Shown here: one piece after another, positions 37,226 through 50,714 of the stretch
Position numbering within the stretch: position 1 is the first letter of the stretch
Layout of the letters: every line of letters starts with the position of its first letter
Source of the DNA: Camelus ferus
Lineage: Eukaryota
Direction: 5' to 3'
Length of the DNA: 64,000 nucleotides
Assembly: GCF_009834535.1 (NCBI RefSeq)
Contig: NC_045697.1
Span: 79,486,001-79,550,000, forward strand
Translations under genes and position numbers: made by a program
Notes under the pieces: generated by a model
Seen by the model: only the letters and a program-made list of their open reading frames with translations
What the model was told of the DNA's origin: nothing
Database searches by the model: none

Positions 37226-38660
37226 GTTGGGTGTGGAGTTGAGTGAATGGAGACCCTAGATAAGACTGGTTAAGGTAGGTTGGGGCCAGACTGTTTGCTT
37301 TGATAAGGAAGACTTTGGGCATTATCCTTTGAACAATGTTTTCCCATAATAGATTTGCATGTAGAGAAGTAACAGGATCAGAATTACTTTGTTTCTTCTT
37401 TAAACAAAGTAAAACTAAAATTGAATAAAAGTCCCCCAAAATGAAATGCCAGATGATCTGAAATTCTATTACAACAATCCATAAACAGATTTCGGGGGTT
37501 TCCATCTTCATTCCACATATCTTTTTGAGATCTACAGAGGCTACCAAATCAAGTCAAAGCCCAAATGTTGACTGTGATCTTTTGCATGAAGAATATGGAA
37601 CTTTAATCTTCATCAGGCTATAAAAGCAAATCTTTCCCACATCAGCTCCCTGCATTGCTTGGTCAATATTCCTGTTGTTAGAGAACTGGCTTCTTCCCCA
37701 GTCTCACAACATTTAATGATGTTCTATGATGTTTCCTTTCTGTTTGGGACAGGTACATGAAAATATTGGCAGTGGTCTGTGGCTGACAAGTCCATTATCA
37801 CAGAATCTTGCATGAGTAACTTTGTTTAGTTACTAAATTATTATTTACAAATTTTATTTCAGTTCTACATATTGAATTTTATATAAAAATATGTATTTTT
37901 TTCTGGTTACAGCATAATATATACTTATAAAAACTTCAAACACTATAGAAATATATTAAAGGAAAATACAAGTCCTTTATAGTTCTCTTCCCTAAAGATA
38001 ATTTCCTTAGTATACAATCTTCCAGCTTTTCTTCACGTGCCGGTTGTTTAAACCAACACATGTAGATGTTTATTATTCTGTAGCTTATATTCCTCACTGA
38101 ACATTTTGGATAAAATAGCACAAATTGATTTACATAATGGTTATAAGGTATTACATTTAATGGGTGATTCTACTCTTTGGGTGCATTTCTATTGTTTCCA
38201 GTTTTTCATGTCACCTATAATATTTCCTTAGATGAGATCCTAGAAGTTGAATTTCCGTGTCAGACTACATGTACCTTGAATTTTAGTATTTATTATCAAA
38301 TTGTCCTCTACAGCTAGAGTACAAATTTATGTTCTTGCTTAAAGAATATGAGACCATCTATTTCAACAAATGCTTGCCAATGTTTAGTATTTTCTCTCAT
38401 TTTTTATCTTAGCCAATCTGATAGCCAAAACACATTTCATTGGATAAACATGTATTTCATCTTTTGTCATTAGATTAAACATATTTTTGTGAGTTTGTTA
38501 GCCATTTGATTTTCCTTGTTTGTGAATGTCTGTTCAGTCTTTGTCATTTTCTGTTGGTGCTTTGGTCTCCTTCTAATTGACCTGTGAGACCTTTTTGTGT
38601 ATGTGTCACATATGATCAAATAATTTTTCCCCAGTTGGATTGGAATCCTTGGATTCCATT

Positions 38661-38695
<35 letters not shown>

Positions 38696-38789
38696 CTATG
38701 TTCATAAGTAGGTGGTCAAATTTATCATTTTTTCTTTCTTCATTATATACTTCTTTCCTACTAATTCTTAAAAAAAAACCCAGTTACAT

Positions 38790-38875
38790 ATTGTATGTAT
38801 ATGCATGACTGGTACATTGTGCTGTATACCCAAAATTGACACATTGTAATTGACTGTACTTCAATTAAAAAAAAA
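38790..38875 (+). mobile_element. Lineage-specific L1 3' terminus
   Basis: tgtatatgcatgactgg...attgacacattgtaattgactgtacttcaattaaaaaaaaa; same family as 46296 and 63676. Confidence 0.8.
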
Positions 38876-39657
38876 GAACTGCCTAACATAGTAAGATGGA
38901 TCTACATGATATATGTGTTAAATTCTACCTTGAAAAACAGTATTTTTCCCAAATTACAAAAAAAAAAAAAGTTATATATACAACTATTGTACAGGTCACA
39001 ACATATATCAAATATAAATTTACACATTAAAAAGTATAATACTTTTTTTCCCAATACAGTATTGATCTTATCCTCTTACCCAATCCTCCTCACTTCAGCC
39101 CTTTAAAGGAACCTACTGAATACTCAATTATACAATTATTATGATATTTGATATTTTGGAAGTTCTTAGATAAGATTACACATATTTGGGATGACAATTA
39201 AACTAGCATGCATGGCCAGGTTTCACTGATCATTATAATGTATAGGAATTAAGAAAATCTAAAAATTATATGAATCCTAAGAGTAGTTTTCTAAATATAT
39301 TTAAAGATCACATTTTTGTGTTTAACTTCAGTTAAAACTGCTTTTTTTTTTTAAGCTCTTACATATGATGCAAATAGAGAGTCCAAATAAATTATTTGGA
39401 TTATGGGGGTAGCAGAGTTAACTTGAGGGCCAGAAAATATCTTTAAATACCTTTCTCTTTCTAACATGCATAATTTTCTGGATGAAGAAAGATATCATTA
39501 TTTTTCTTGTATTTGAAAGGTGCAGATGTGCCCCTTACCTTATGCACGTACTTTACTGTTAAATAATATTTACTTTTATTTGAAGATTTGTAATATGGGG
39601 GCAAATACTTGACACATATTAATCTAAAAATTATTTTTATTAATTTAAAATAGGTTT

Positions 39658-39793
39658 GAGAGAGGAGGGTATAGCTCAAGTAGTAGAACGCATGCTTTAG
39701 CATGCATGAGGTCCTGGGCTCAATCCCCAGTACCTCTTCTAAGAATAAATACACCTAATTCCCTCCCTCCTGCCAAAAAAAAAGCGAAAAAAA
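39658..39793 (+). mobile_element. vic-1-like SINE with TSD
   Basis: Typical head and tail; TSD aatttaaa(a)taggttt at ~39642-39657 and 39794-39808. Confidence 0.9.
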
Positions 39794-42700
39794 AATTTAA
39801 ATAGGTTTAAATGATTTATTAATTTAAATGTTAATTATGCACAACAGGGAAAACCTGATGAAGGTTATTAAAGGTATTCCTATCCAAAATAACCAAAAAA
39901 AGACATGGTCTTATTTCTCTGTAAATACTTCAAATGTATTCAAATGTCCAATTTTAAGCAATAGCTAGGTCTATAACTGTGTTCACATATTTATAAAATC
40001 CCTAAAATGAATTTCAACATGTGTTATATTACTTCAGGAATTAAGTGCAATTAACAGTATCAGACTCAGATTTTCCCAAAAGAAAGGAGTAACAGTAACC
40101 AGGTCTTTTGAGACTGAGGAATTCCTAAGAATGTAAGTTATAATGAAGGATATCAACATCCTGAGGTGATACATTCTTCACCCAAAACTCTGTGGGGATT
40201 TTCAAAGTGAGAAATTCTTTTGTATCTTTGAAAGCAGGAAAATCAAAGGAATGTCTTTTAATCTGGTTTACATCCAGGCCAGTGAGTGGCACTAATAAGG
40301 AACAAACACATTAGCACCAAAAGGAAATGATAATTAGAAACTAAATCTTAATCCAGAGACCACAGGCTGGGATCTCTAAAGCCACTGGACTTTAAATGGA
40401 AAAATCACATTTAAATGTGCTAAATGGTAAAGTACAAGAATATTTGCATGTGAAAATGGTGGTTTATGGGCAAATTGGTTAGGTGAATACCTTTTGTTGG
40501 GGAGATGGAAGGTGGTTTTTCTCTTGGGGTAGAGGGGGTAGGGTAGCAAAGCTCTACCTGAAAGCTCTAAATTTACAAGTAGATTTATTTTACAGATTGA
40601 AAGTTAATATTAAGTGCTGACAGTTAAGCAATTTGAATTTGCTCTTAAGTGATTTATTTTAATGGTGGTTCTCTAATTTCTGATTTTACATATTGGAATT
40701 AAGCTGCGCTTTTAGTATTGAGTATTAAAAGAAAGTGGAAGAAGTGTGGAGCGTGATAGGTCAGAAGTAACAACAGACTTTAAATGATATACTAATCCTC
40801 CAATATCCTAGGGTTGGAAGGGAGAAATAGTAACTGTGAGATAAAAGGTAGAAATTGACTAAGTATTTCTAAATCTAAATGTTATCAAGATAATCCTAGC
40901 ACAACGAGTTAGAAAGTTAATAGTTCTTTGTTTTAGTGATTCCCAAAGATGTCATTATGTTAATTTACTTTTTTTTAATCGATGAAAAGATCTGGGTGTT
41001 ATCCTAGAATATAATGAGTTCTGCATTAGCCATTGAGATATAGTAAAAGCTATTTTCATACATACACTTTTTTGGTAAGGCATCCTCTTAGTGATTCAAT
41101 ATTTTCAATACATCAGGAAAATGTAGTGATTAATATTGTATGATGTAGGATACTAAAAGCCCTTCTGGAACACTCTCTTGTTCCTGAATTTCTATACTGA
41201 TTTACTAGGGATACCTGAGGCACAAAACAGTTTTTTATCTGGAGCTAAACCTCCAAATTTGCCTTTTATACAAATGTTTCCCATATGATAATTGTTAGAT
41301 AGCAAGTTAAAATGATCATTGTGGGTTTTATAGAGTAAATGTGGCAGCGCAAGTCAGTAATAAAATTCAAATTCCCCAAGTGGTGGGAATTCTAATTCAG
41401 ACTTGCTACAACTGAACCTTCTATGGAAACAGAGAGAACATCTTAGTAACAAATCTAAAGCACATACTATTTTTTTTTTTAGGAAAGTATGTGACTCAGT
41501 GTCCTTAATTCCTGGAGAGGGTTATTAGTTCACAATGATAAATTCTTCTTTCCTTAAATATGCTTTTTTTTTTCCTTTCTAGTTGGCTGTATCATCTTAT
41601 GGTTAACCTATAAGTGTGTGTTGATTTCATACACAGAAAAAACACTCCTGTTTGACCTTACTTCCTTTCCTCTAACTCCTGTTCCTGTTGGGCCTGAAGT
41701 TTCTCACACATAACTTTGTCCTGCATGTGTTCTGAGAATGGATGAATACAGGATACTCATATATGTGCTTTATGGTCCCCTGAAGCAAGGCAATTAAAAA
41801 CCACTTGGTTGGAGAACATTTTGAAAGACACTCACGCTTTTTAAATGCTTAGAAGTATTGGAAACAAGAATTTGCAGATAATCAGCTTAGTAAATAACAG
41901 TTAAAAGTAGAGATAGTTCTTTAAAATAAAGATATTGGACTGATTTCATTATTCTAAGTCATCTTGATTCGGTTCTTCTATGACCCCCACTCATTTCAGC
42001 AGTTATCGCTATCTATAAAGTCTCCAGTGATGTCATTGGTAACGTACATGTGAGGATTTCAAATTTCTGGTGGGAAAGTGTCTTGGTTGACTTTACATTT
42101 AGGTCTAAAACTAGATCCATAGATAAAGATTGGCAAGCATTTGCTTATGGACCTAAAGAAACTTTGAAATTTGGGAGAAAATTTTACATTCTGAAAATGT
42201 ATGGGAAAACGTGGCCTGTTTATTGTAAAATTTCCCAAAGTCAGCTGTCCCCAACCCTGCAGTGCTTGTGAGCTGGATGGTCAGCTACTGAAAAGAGTCA
42301 GTGGATTGAAAATGATCCCAGCAATATTTTCTAGGATTGTACCATGATGTTCTGGATGGTGCTGCATAATAAGGAAGCAAATTTTTGACATTGAGATTCA
42401 TCATACAACATAAAAGGTGTTCCTTACACTGTTATTCGACTCTAGTCACCTTCTAATACATTATTTTCTCATTTCTGTAAGTTTTTATTGGAAACTCAAG
42501 AAAGATGCCTCAAACCCCAAACTTTTTCTATTACCCTGGTGTCCTTGAATGAGAAAAATTTAAACAGATCCATAGTTAATAAGCAGCTGTTTGTTTTCAT
42601 GCAGTAGAGCATGGAATTATTAGGCTTTATTTTATCTGTAAGAACATTCCCTTTTTCTGAAAGGGAGCAGATATTGAAGGGGTAAATCTCAGGTTAACTG

Positions 42701-44954
42701 AAGAGTAATTAACAGGAGGAGTCAGTGTGTATAGAAAGCCCCCAGGACCCCCTGACCCATTCTAAGGCTTTTGTGGTTGAGCATATCAAGGAAAGGCAAA
42801 AAGAAAATAGAAGCCCTTCAGACGGAAGCTCACTAAGTGGGAAATGTTTACTTCTTTGTTTAGACAAATTACCCTTCAGACTTCAAGTATTTAGGTCTGG
42901 ATGAGTTATAACTGCAGACGAGAATCGCAGCACACTGCCTTTCAACGAGACTTATTGTTTGCTGTCTAATATTCCTATTTACCAGTAATAAAATTATGTG
43001 TATCTATTGTATGTATCTGTGGGCTTGGAGATTTCTCCAAATCTGTTAGCCCAGGAGAAGCCCCCAGGTGAGGCTTTGAGAAACAATGAGGTCCTCTCTG
43101 AAGGAAAGGGACTGTGGGTAGAGAAAAGAACCTGGAACTGAGGCCTGAGGAAAGTGAGGCACCAGGCTTGTTGCAAGGTCACTGAGAACAGCGTTGCTAT
43201 GAAATGAGGCAGTGGTGGGAGAGAGACAGGTGCAGCCAGGAGAGTGTTGCTTCAAAGAGGGGGAAAGAAAGACTGGTGTACTCTCCAAGGCCAGGCCTAG
43301 AATAAAAAAAGAGGCACCTATTGCCCAAAATTTCATGACCCAAAGAGCAAGCATCTCTCTTGCTTATCTTTGTCCCAGCTGTGTCCCAGATGTGAAAGGA
43401 GTGCTCACTTTGCGCACACCTGTTCATGGCTTTCAAGGAGGGTTGGTAGAGTTGAGACAGATGGTAAGGGGCAGAGAATGATGTTAGTAATCAAATGAGG
43501 ACAAGGAACCAGAGTGAGGTTCCTCACAGTGTCCTTTATAGAACTCAGTAGAGGACTGATGAATGAACAAAGGATTGATTTTTTCCCCCCTTGATTTTCT
43601 GTCTCCTAAAGAAACCATGGTTCCTCGGAGTGGGGATCAGGTTGTGCCATGTGCATAAGAAGTCTTGGCTTCAGTGATCATGTATCCTCAGGTAATAAAT
43701 CCTAAGAATTATAGCTAAAACACCAGAGTGTACTCCAAACCACATTCCCCCTATTCTTTGTACTGATACTAAAAGTGACTCCCTAAGATGTCACAGTCTT
43801 CACTGAGCTGGTTGCAACATCCCTTCTTGAGACCTCAGCACATCCCCCACAAGAAAAGGTCCAGAAATTTGCCCCACTTCTTAAATCCTTAACAACTCCC
43901 TTGGGATTCCTTATGCAGATGGACCTCACTTCCTACTTTAGAGATAAGATCTCTGCCATCTGGTGTAAGCTCCCTCCACACCTACCTTCCCCTATCTCAG
44001 GATGCATTCCTGGCCCTACATTTTTGCTTAAGTTGTTTCCTTCAGCTCCCACCACCCCCCTTCTAATTCTATCACTCCTCCCCTGCTGCTTAATCCTTCT
44101 TATCCTTTGGGACCTAATCTAATCCATAATTCCTCTGCAAAGTTTTCCCTGATGTTTCCTGCCCACAAAGATATCTTTCCTCTTTGAATTTCAATGAAGT
44201 CTGTCATAAAAAGTCTTAGAATTACGGAACTGGCAGCTTGTTAACTTGCCTTCCAATCTAACCTCATCAGTTTAGGTATTTGCCTAGTCCTTGAACTAGT
44301 TAATGACTTAGCTAGGACTAGATCTCTGCTTTCTTATTCCCAGGGCGATGTTAGCACCACCACCATACTTTTAAAATGAAAGCCCAAGTGTTTCTTCTCT
44401 TGCACAGGTTGCCTGATTCTGGCACATGGCATTCTAAGGGCTGGGAGCTTTCCTCCATGTTTGCAAGCATGGCACATTTTATATTGCTACATTTCCTTTG
44501 AGGGAGGGGTTGGGGTTGATTTTAGGAACAGGAGGCAGCCTGGTGTAGCAGGAAGAGCTTGAGACAGAAGAAACAGGGTTGGGAGGACAGACATCAACTG
44601 ACCATCAGAGAGTAGACTGCATCCTTCTTTGTTCTGTTTCTGTACCCTGAACAATCTTCTCTTATTGCATGGGTCTTAATAAAACTGATTTCCAAGTGTT
44701 CACGGGTTCTTCCAAAAGCTGCTGTGAGCAGCTTGAGGACAGTCTTTGAGGACATCCACGTCCTCTGTCTGGCATGTAATTTCAACCGCAGTCAGCACTG
44801 ATTTGCCTGCACTGAAGCTGTATCCTCTCTCTGGGCCCCAGTTCCCTTTTTGCCATAAAACAACGTTTTTGGTTTGCTTGGTGATTTCTAAAATTCTTTT
44901 CAGTTCTAAATTTCTGTCGGCTATCTAAAGTTTTTGGTAAATCAAAAGTGTAGG

Positions 44955-45200
44955 TGGCTGTCAACTTGTGGGCTGAGTTGAGTTCTTGGGTTTTTGTTGC
45001 GTATGTTTTTTGGGCTGCATTCTGTCAAAAACTTTTTGTTTCCAGAGATTAAAAGTCTTCATATAAAAGTATGGATTTCTAGCTTCTCTCAAAACAAACA
45101 AACAAACAAACACTTCCCTTCAGATAGCTACTCTTTTGTGGCCATCACCTGCAGACTCTATGAAGTTCACTAGGTCCCAGGTCTACAAGCCTGTTTCAGT
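44955..45200. mobile_element. hAT-Charlie (MER102-like) remnant
   Basis: catataaaagtatggatttctagcttctctcaaaa resembles a Charlie-family internal motif. Confidence 0.4.
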
Positions 45201-45290
45201 TTTTCATCTTATTTCCCAAGCACTGTACTCACTGTGTCTGAGTCCCTGCCCTAAAGCTGCTCAGGAAAACTGCTAGAAAGGAAAGTGGTA

Positions 45291-45365
45291 TCTCCAATAA
45301 AACAGATAATAATAATAAATAAATAAACCTGATTGCTTTTCTCATCACCCCCCCAAAAAGAAAAA
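45291..45365 (+). mobile_element. 5'-truncated vic-1-like SINE (tail only) with TSD
   Basis: tctcca...aaataaataaacctgattgc...(C)n-A tail, flanked by aaagtggta at 45282-45290 and 45366-45374. Confidence 0.65.
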
Positions 45366-46295
45366 AAAGTGGTAAAAGAGCTAGAATAGAAAGCAAGCAT
45401 TGATAGTTTATTTATCTCTTTAAAACACTTTTTCCGTAATACAAAGTAACATCTAAGTTTTTTCTTGTAATTGGAGAGACTATGTTTTGTAGGCTTCTTA
45501 AGAAACTAACATTATTTGTTGCCTATGGGAATAGGAGCTTATATTGTCGGAGAGGAAGGATACTTCTGAATCTTAAAACATTTGAATGTAATAATTAAAA
45601 TAGTGATATCTTCTAGTTGAGGAAAAATACAAATAAGAAAACAAACAAAAAGAAGAAAATAAAAATCCCTGATTTTATTAACCTGCAAATGATAATTGTT
45701 AACATTTTGATGTATGCTTTTCTGTTTTTTCCCCCATGTATCTAATTTTTAAAATGAAAAGCAGGCCAAACATATATGTGTAGAGTTTTAGTTACACTAA
45801 TTGTCTGAGAAAAATCAACAAATCCCTGTCTCATTCTCTAGAAAGACAGGCTACTTTTTGTTGGCAAATCTAGTCCTTTTTTTTCCCATATCCTTTCACT
45901 GTGAAGTTATAGAAAGCAAGTTGTAATCAGCCTATGAAATGCAGGTGATAAGTAGTGTATCAGTGACGGAGGAAACCACTCTTCTTGCAATCAGAAGTTA
46001 GAATATTTTAGATCCAGGAAGAACCTAAAAGATGAAGGTCACATCCTTCATTTTAAAAGTGAGTAAACAGGCTTCTGAAAGGTGAGTCACACAGCTGGTT
46101 GGTGGAGGAATGTGGCCTGGATCCCAGGAGAGAATACCTCCCACTGCATTGTGTCACAATGTCCTTCTAAAAACCTTAAATTCCAATGTATGGCCAGACC
46201 ACCCAAGAGGAAAGGATAGCAGAAACTTGGCTTCTCTTGATATTGAAGAAATTCCATTTTGATTTATTTAGGAAGCTGATTTAAAGTAAAAGCCA

Positions 46296-46444
46296 ATAGC
46301 ACAGGGAACTATGTTCAATATCTTGTAATAAGCTTTAATGGAAAAAAATAATGAAAATGAATTTATGTATGTATATGCATGACTGGGACATTGGGGTGTA
46401 CACCAGAGATTGACACATTGTAATTGTACTTTAATTAAAAAAAA
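46296..46444 (+). mobile_element. 5'-truncated lineage-specific L1 with exact 13-bp TSD
   Basis: cacagggaactatgttcaatatcttgtaata...poly(A); TSD aaagtaaaagcca at 46283-46295 and 46445-46457, preceded by TT. Confidence 0.92.
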
Positions 46445-46736
46445 AAAGTAAAAGCCATGATTACGAATGTCAATAAATCCAAAGAAGAATAAACCAGCAA
46501 AAACGAAACGACTATTGAGTTGATTATAACCTTTTAAGCACTCAATAGATTCAACAATAAGTAATAGTAATTATATCGTTGTTTTAAGAGTTGTGCATTC
46601 CTTAATACTTTTCTGATTTTTAAGATTATTTGTCTTATTAAAAAAGTTTTCAACCCTACAGAGAAGTAAAGAGAATATTTTAATAATCCTCGCTATAACT
46701 GTCACTTGACTCAACAGTTATTAACATTTGGTCTTG

Positions 46737-46789
46737 CTTCATCTAAATCCTAAATCCTTCATCTAAATCCTAAATCCTTCATCTAAATC
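46737..46789. repeat. 20-bp tandem repeat, ~2.6 copies
   Basis: (cttcatctaaatcctaaatc)x2 plus cttcatctaaatc. Confidence 0.9.
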
Positions 46790-47413
46790 TTTTTCTTTCC
46801 TCCTATCCTTTATTTTTGTAGCTATAGTATTGTAAAGTCAACCCCTGACTTCTTGTCATTTCATCTTTTCCGATTGTGATTACATCATCCTGCAATTCCC
46901 ATATTACAATTTCCTTGTTGACTGTTAAGCGCACTTTCCTGAGGCCACTTAATGACGGTGATATTTCTTATCAGGAACTAACAGTATTCATGAGAATCTA
47001 TGTAGATGGCACATCATGTGTTGGGCATGGGTCCAAACATTCTACATGCATTAATTTATTGAAGTCTCACAACAATCCTGTGGGATGGGATCTGCTGTCA
47101 TCTCTGGTTTCTAGATGAGGACTTGGAATTACAGAGTTAGTTTGTAGTAGATTACTTCTGAGCAGTTCATTGCTTAATTAAGATGTAATCTACTGTTTAA
47201 AGGTTATTTATCCTCAAAATGGAAGTCATGGAATTTCTCAAGCATGAATATCTTACACTTTTTGATATTTTTGCCTGCTAGATTTTAGGGTGAATCTTAT
47301 TTTTGTATCAATAGCCATCTCATCACAACACAGGAATAAAGTCTGTGGATTGAAATATGTTGTGTGTGGTAAAAGACAGAATATAAGGGGCTTCATAATT
47401 TGGTGTTGTTAAT

Positions 47414-47913
47414 TGTAGGAGAAGAGAAGTTTTCCTTGACCCTTTTAGGGTCCCTGACTGGATCTGCAAATTAGACTGGCAAAGACAGATAAATAGGAGA
47501 AAGCATACAAATTTATGTAATACAAGTGTTACATGACATGGAAGCCCTTGTACAGAAAGATCTGAAGAAGAGGTTAAGCTTCAATGTTTTTATGCTCAGT
47601 TGATGAAGAGTCAAAGGTCATGGGAAGATATGATGGGACAAAGAGTGTGAAATAGTGGAGTAAACTGGGGGAAACATAGCACAGCCTGTGCATTCAGATT
47701 TCTCTGTGTCCCATTCTCTTTGGAGATACGGATGCTCCTTTCCACTGGGTATAGGGAGGGCATCTCTCACCTGAGGAACTGAAGACCTGCTTCAGGGGAA
47801 GGCCAGAAAGTTCTTCCAGCACCTGCTATTTCTCAGATTCCTTCAGCTTAAAATATTCAAAATGCCAAAGTGCCCTATTGTGATGTAGTGTGTCCTAATA
47901 ATAAACCCTGTCA
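47414..47913 (-). mobile_element. ERV1 solo LTR (MER34/MER39-like), copy 1
   Basis: TG...CA termini, ~500 bp; shares ggagataNggatgctcctttcc and tttctca..tcc..cagctt.aaatatt with copies 2 and 3. Confidence 0.8.
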
Positions 47914-49412
47914 TACCTTTCCAAAAATGCAGTGTTTTAGCTGTGTCATTCTGAGTTACATACAAGTTTTAACATTAAGTTAGAAAAATAGAATTTATTT
48001 TTCTATTTATAGTTTATTTTGGATTTGAAGTACAAGCCTAAGTATATTCTATTCTCTGAGCAGTTTTGAATATCATTCCTTCCAAATTAGTTTTTCTATT
48101 TATGATTTTCAGTAAACAATACCATGGATCAGATCTACCAAACTGTCAGAACAGTCTTCACAAGGCAGCAAATCTTTCTAAAGACCAGACTTGAATTCCT
48201 CTTTTCTTTACTTTCCTAGGAATTGTTATCAGACAATAAGAACAAAAGAAGTTGCATAAAAATAAGAGAATTCCCCCTGGTCTATTCCGTGGTGGTAAAT
48301 TCTGTCTCAGTACTGTAGAGAAGTAGGGGGTGAGTAAATTAGCATGTGAAAGGAAAGCCCCCTTCCTCTCTCTCATTCTCAACTTCTCTGGTTTTGGTTG
48401 GTTTCAGTGGTATCGCTCCAGCATTTCCCTGTCATCCAGACTTGGAATCCTATTTTATTAATAGTGATTATCAGAGCTCCATATGTTGTGGAGGACTTCA
48501 TGCTTTTCAAAGTGCTTCTGCATCCATGCTGTATTTTGTTCCTTTTTTCCCTTCATCTTCTTCCTATCCAATTTGTGTTAAGTTCCCGTTGATTCCCTGA
48601 CTATCATGTCTTTTAGATTTAACCCCTCCATTCCAGTACCTGATGCCGTAAAAATCATAGCATGGTGGGGCTGGAAGGATCCTTAGAGCTCATTTAATGT
48701 GAACGCCTCACCTGTTGATGGAAGAAACTGACATATGAAAGTTAAACAACTTTGGCAAGATTGTAGGTCCGTCTGAACCTCCCACCACCCAGGTCCCTGG
48801 ACCACTGCCTTCCAGGCCATAAATCACAGTCTGATGACTTAGTTCCTCACCCCCACCAACTCCAATTCCAGTTCATTCTGTGTGGAGTTGACAGGAAAAT
48901 ATTTTTCATATTCCATTTTCTTAGAGCTGGGCTTTCTCCCCTAGACTTAATGGGACTTCTTATTTTCTGATATATGAAATCACAAGTACTTTAGGTGGGT
49001 TTATTGTGTGTACCTTCTTTATAAACTATTCCTTTTTTTCTTGAACATGTATGCATTTTCTTTCTAGTACACACGTTACATTTAAATGTATATTGCTTTT
49101 GTAATTTCTGAAGTTGTGGGTGTGTATGTTTTATTTACTCAGTATGCTTAAAATACCTGGAGTTAGAAACTGTGCCATTTATTCCTTTTATATGCTTCTT
49201 CATAGTATTTGATACAGTGTTCTGAATTGGTTCTCAATGAATAAAAATAAAGTTCTCTTCCAAGTTGAGTGCAAGGATTAGTGCTTGGAAATATTTCTTT
49301 CAGTAATGAATTCCTATTTAATGTTTACTCATCTTCCTCTACTTCTTCCATTACTATACACCTACTTTTGCATGTAATTGTATTTTTTTCCTCATGTCAC
49401 TCCATTACCTAT

Positions 49413-49892
49413 TGTAAGGGAGAAAAAACATTTTTTTTCTCTATTCTTTTTAGTTCTGGACTGTGACCCCTGTAAGAATAGACAGAGTAACAAGAGAAAA
49501 AGCACACATATATATTTAATATAAGTTTTATAAAACACCAGAGCCTTTATAGGGAAATGAAAACCCGATGAAACAAAATGGTGCAACCTGAGTGTTTTCA
49601 TGCTAGATTTGATGAAGAGGGGAAAGTTTTGGAAAGATACGATGGGATGTGAGGTAAGTGCAGTAAACTGGGGAAAGCAGCAGGGCCTGCTCCTTCAGAT
49701 TTCTCTGTGTCCCTTTCTTTTTGGAGATAGGGATGCTCCTTTCCTCTGGGTTTAGGGAGGGCTTTATGATCTGCTTTAGAGGAAGGTTAGAAAGCCGTTC
49801 CTGTCCCTGCCGTTTCTCAAATCCTTTCAGCTTGAAATATTAACTATGCCAATGTATGCTACATGTATGGCAAGGTGACCTGAACCCCATGA
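49413..49892 (-). mobile_element. ERV1 solo LTR (MER34/MER39-like), copy 2
   Basis: Colinear with copy 1 (gatgaagag, gtaaactgggga, cagatttctctgtgtccc, ggatgctcctttcc); ends cctgaaccccat. Confidence 0.8.
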
Positions 49893-50547
49893 TATATAAA
49901 CTCCTCGAAGGAAAAAACTGAGCCTCTGGTGCACGGCACAGAGTAGGCTCTTAAGAAATATTTCCTTCGTCTGATTACTTTGAAAACATCAAGTGTTGTA
50001 GGAGTATAGGGAAGCACAGAGGAAGAAATGTTTAATTTTTCTACAGGTGACATAGTGTTAAAGAGAGATGGATCAACATTTGAGCCGGTCCTTGAGTTTA
50101 CTGGCCTGGGGGAAGGACATTTCAGGTAAAATAGTTGTGTCACCAAGGTAGGGAGTGTTCCAGCATTTTAGGTGTGACTTTATCCAAGTTGCACCAGTTG
50201 ATCAGTGCATTGAAAGACTGAGAATATAGACCTCTAAGGGCTATTCTGTTTCTTAGGAATAAAAGAAGTAAAAAATGTTTTGACTTTTGATTGAATAAAT
50301 TTCATTGGAACATTAAAGAATGCAGGGAAATATGTTAGCTAAGGTGAAAATTACTAAGCTCAAATCTGCCCTCTAAGTAAAGTGAGGTAATTTATTTGGT
50401 TAAGCAGAATAACTTCTAATTTAAAATTGTAATAAGCTTGATAATATAATTCTGATTATTTACTGTTGTAAGAGTTTCAAATATTTAGTGTCAGTTTTTA
50501 AAGAATCAGTTTAAAAATATTTTGTGGAAGAGAATAAAATTAAGCTA

Positions 50548-50587
50548 TGAGTTAGATTTTCTTTTTTTTTTTTGAGTTAGATTTTCT
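50548..50587 (-). mobile_element. Poly(A)-only retrotransposition insertion with 15-bp TSD
   Basis: tgagttagattttct at 50548-50562 and 50573-50587 flanking ~10 T; on the - strand the site reads TT/AGAAAA. Confidence 0.65.
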
Positions 50588-50697
50588 AAATATTTTGACA
50601 TTCTAACCTGTACTCTATTTTTTTAATACTTCAAAACTGAATTTTTAGCAAGTTGAAAACGATGGTATTTTTAAAATGCTTGTGCGTCTGAGCTTTT

Positions 50698-50714
50698 GGT
50701 GCCCTCTAGTGGCA
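50698..50714 (-). promoter_or_regulatory. CTCF core motif
   Basis: - strand TGCCACTAGAGGGCACC matches CCASYAGRKGGC exactly, outside any recognised repeat. Binding not shown. Confidence 0.65.
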
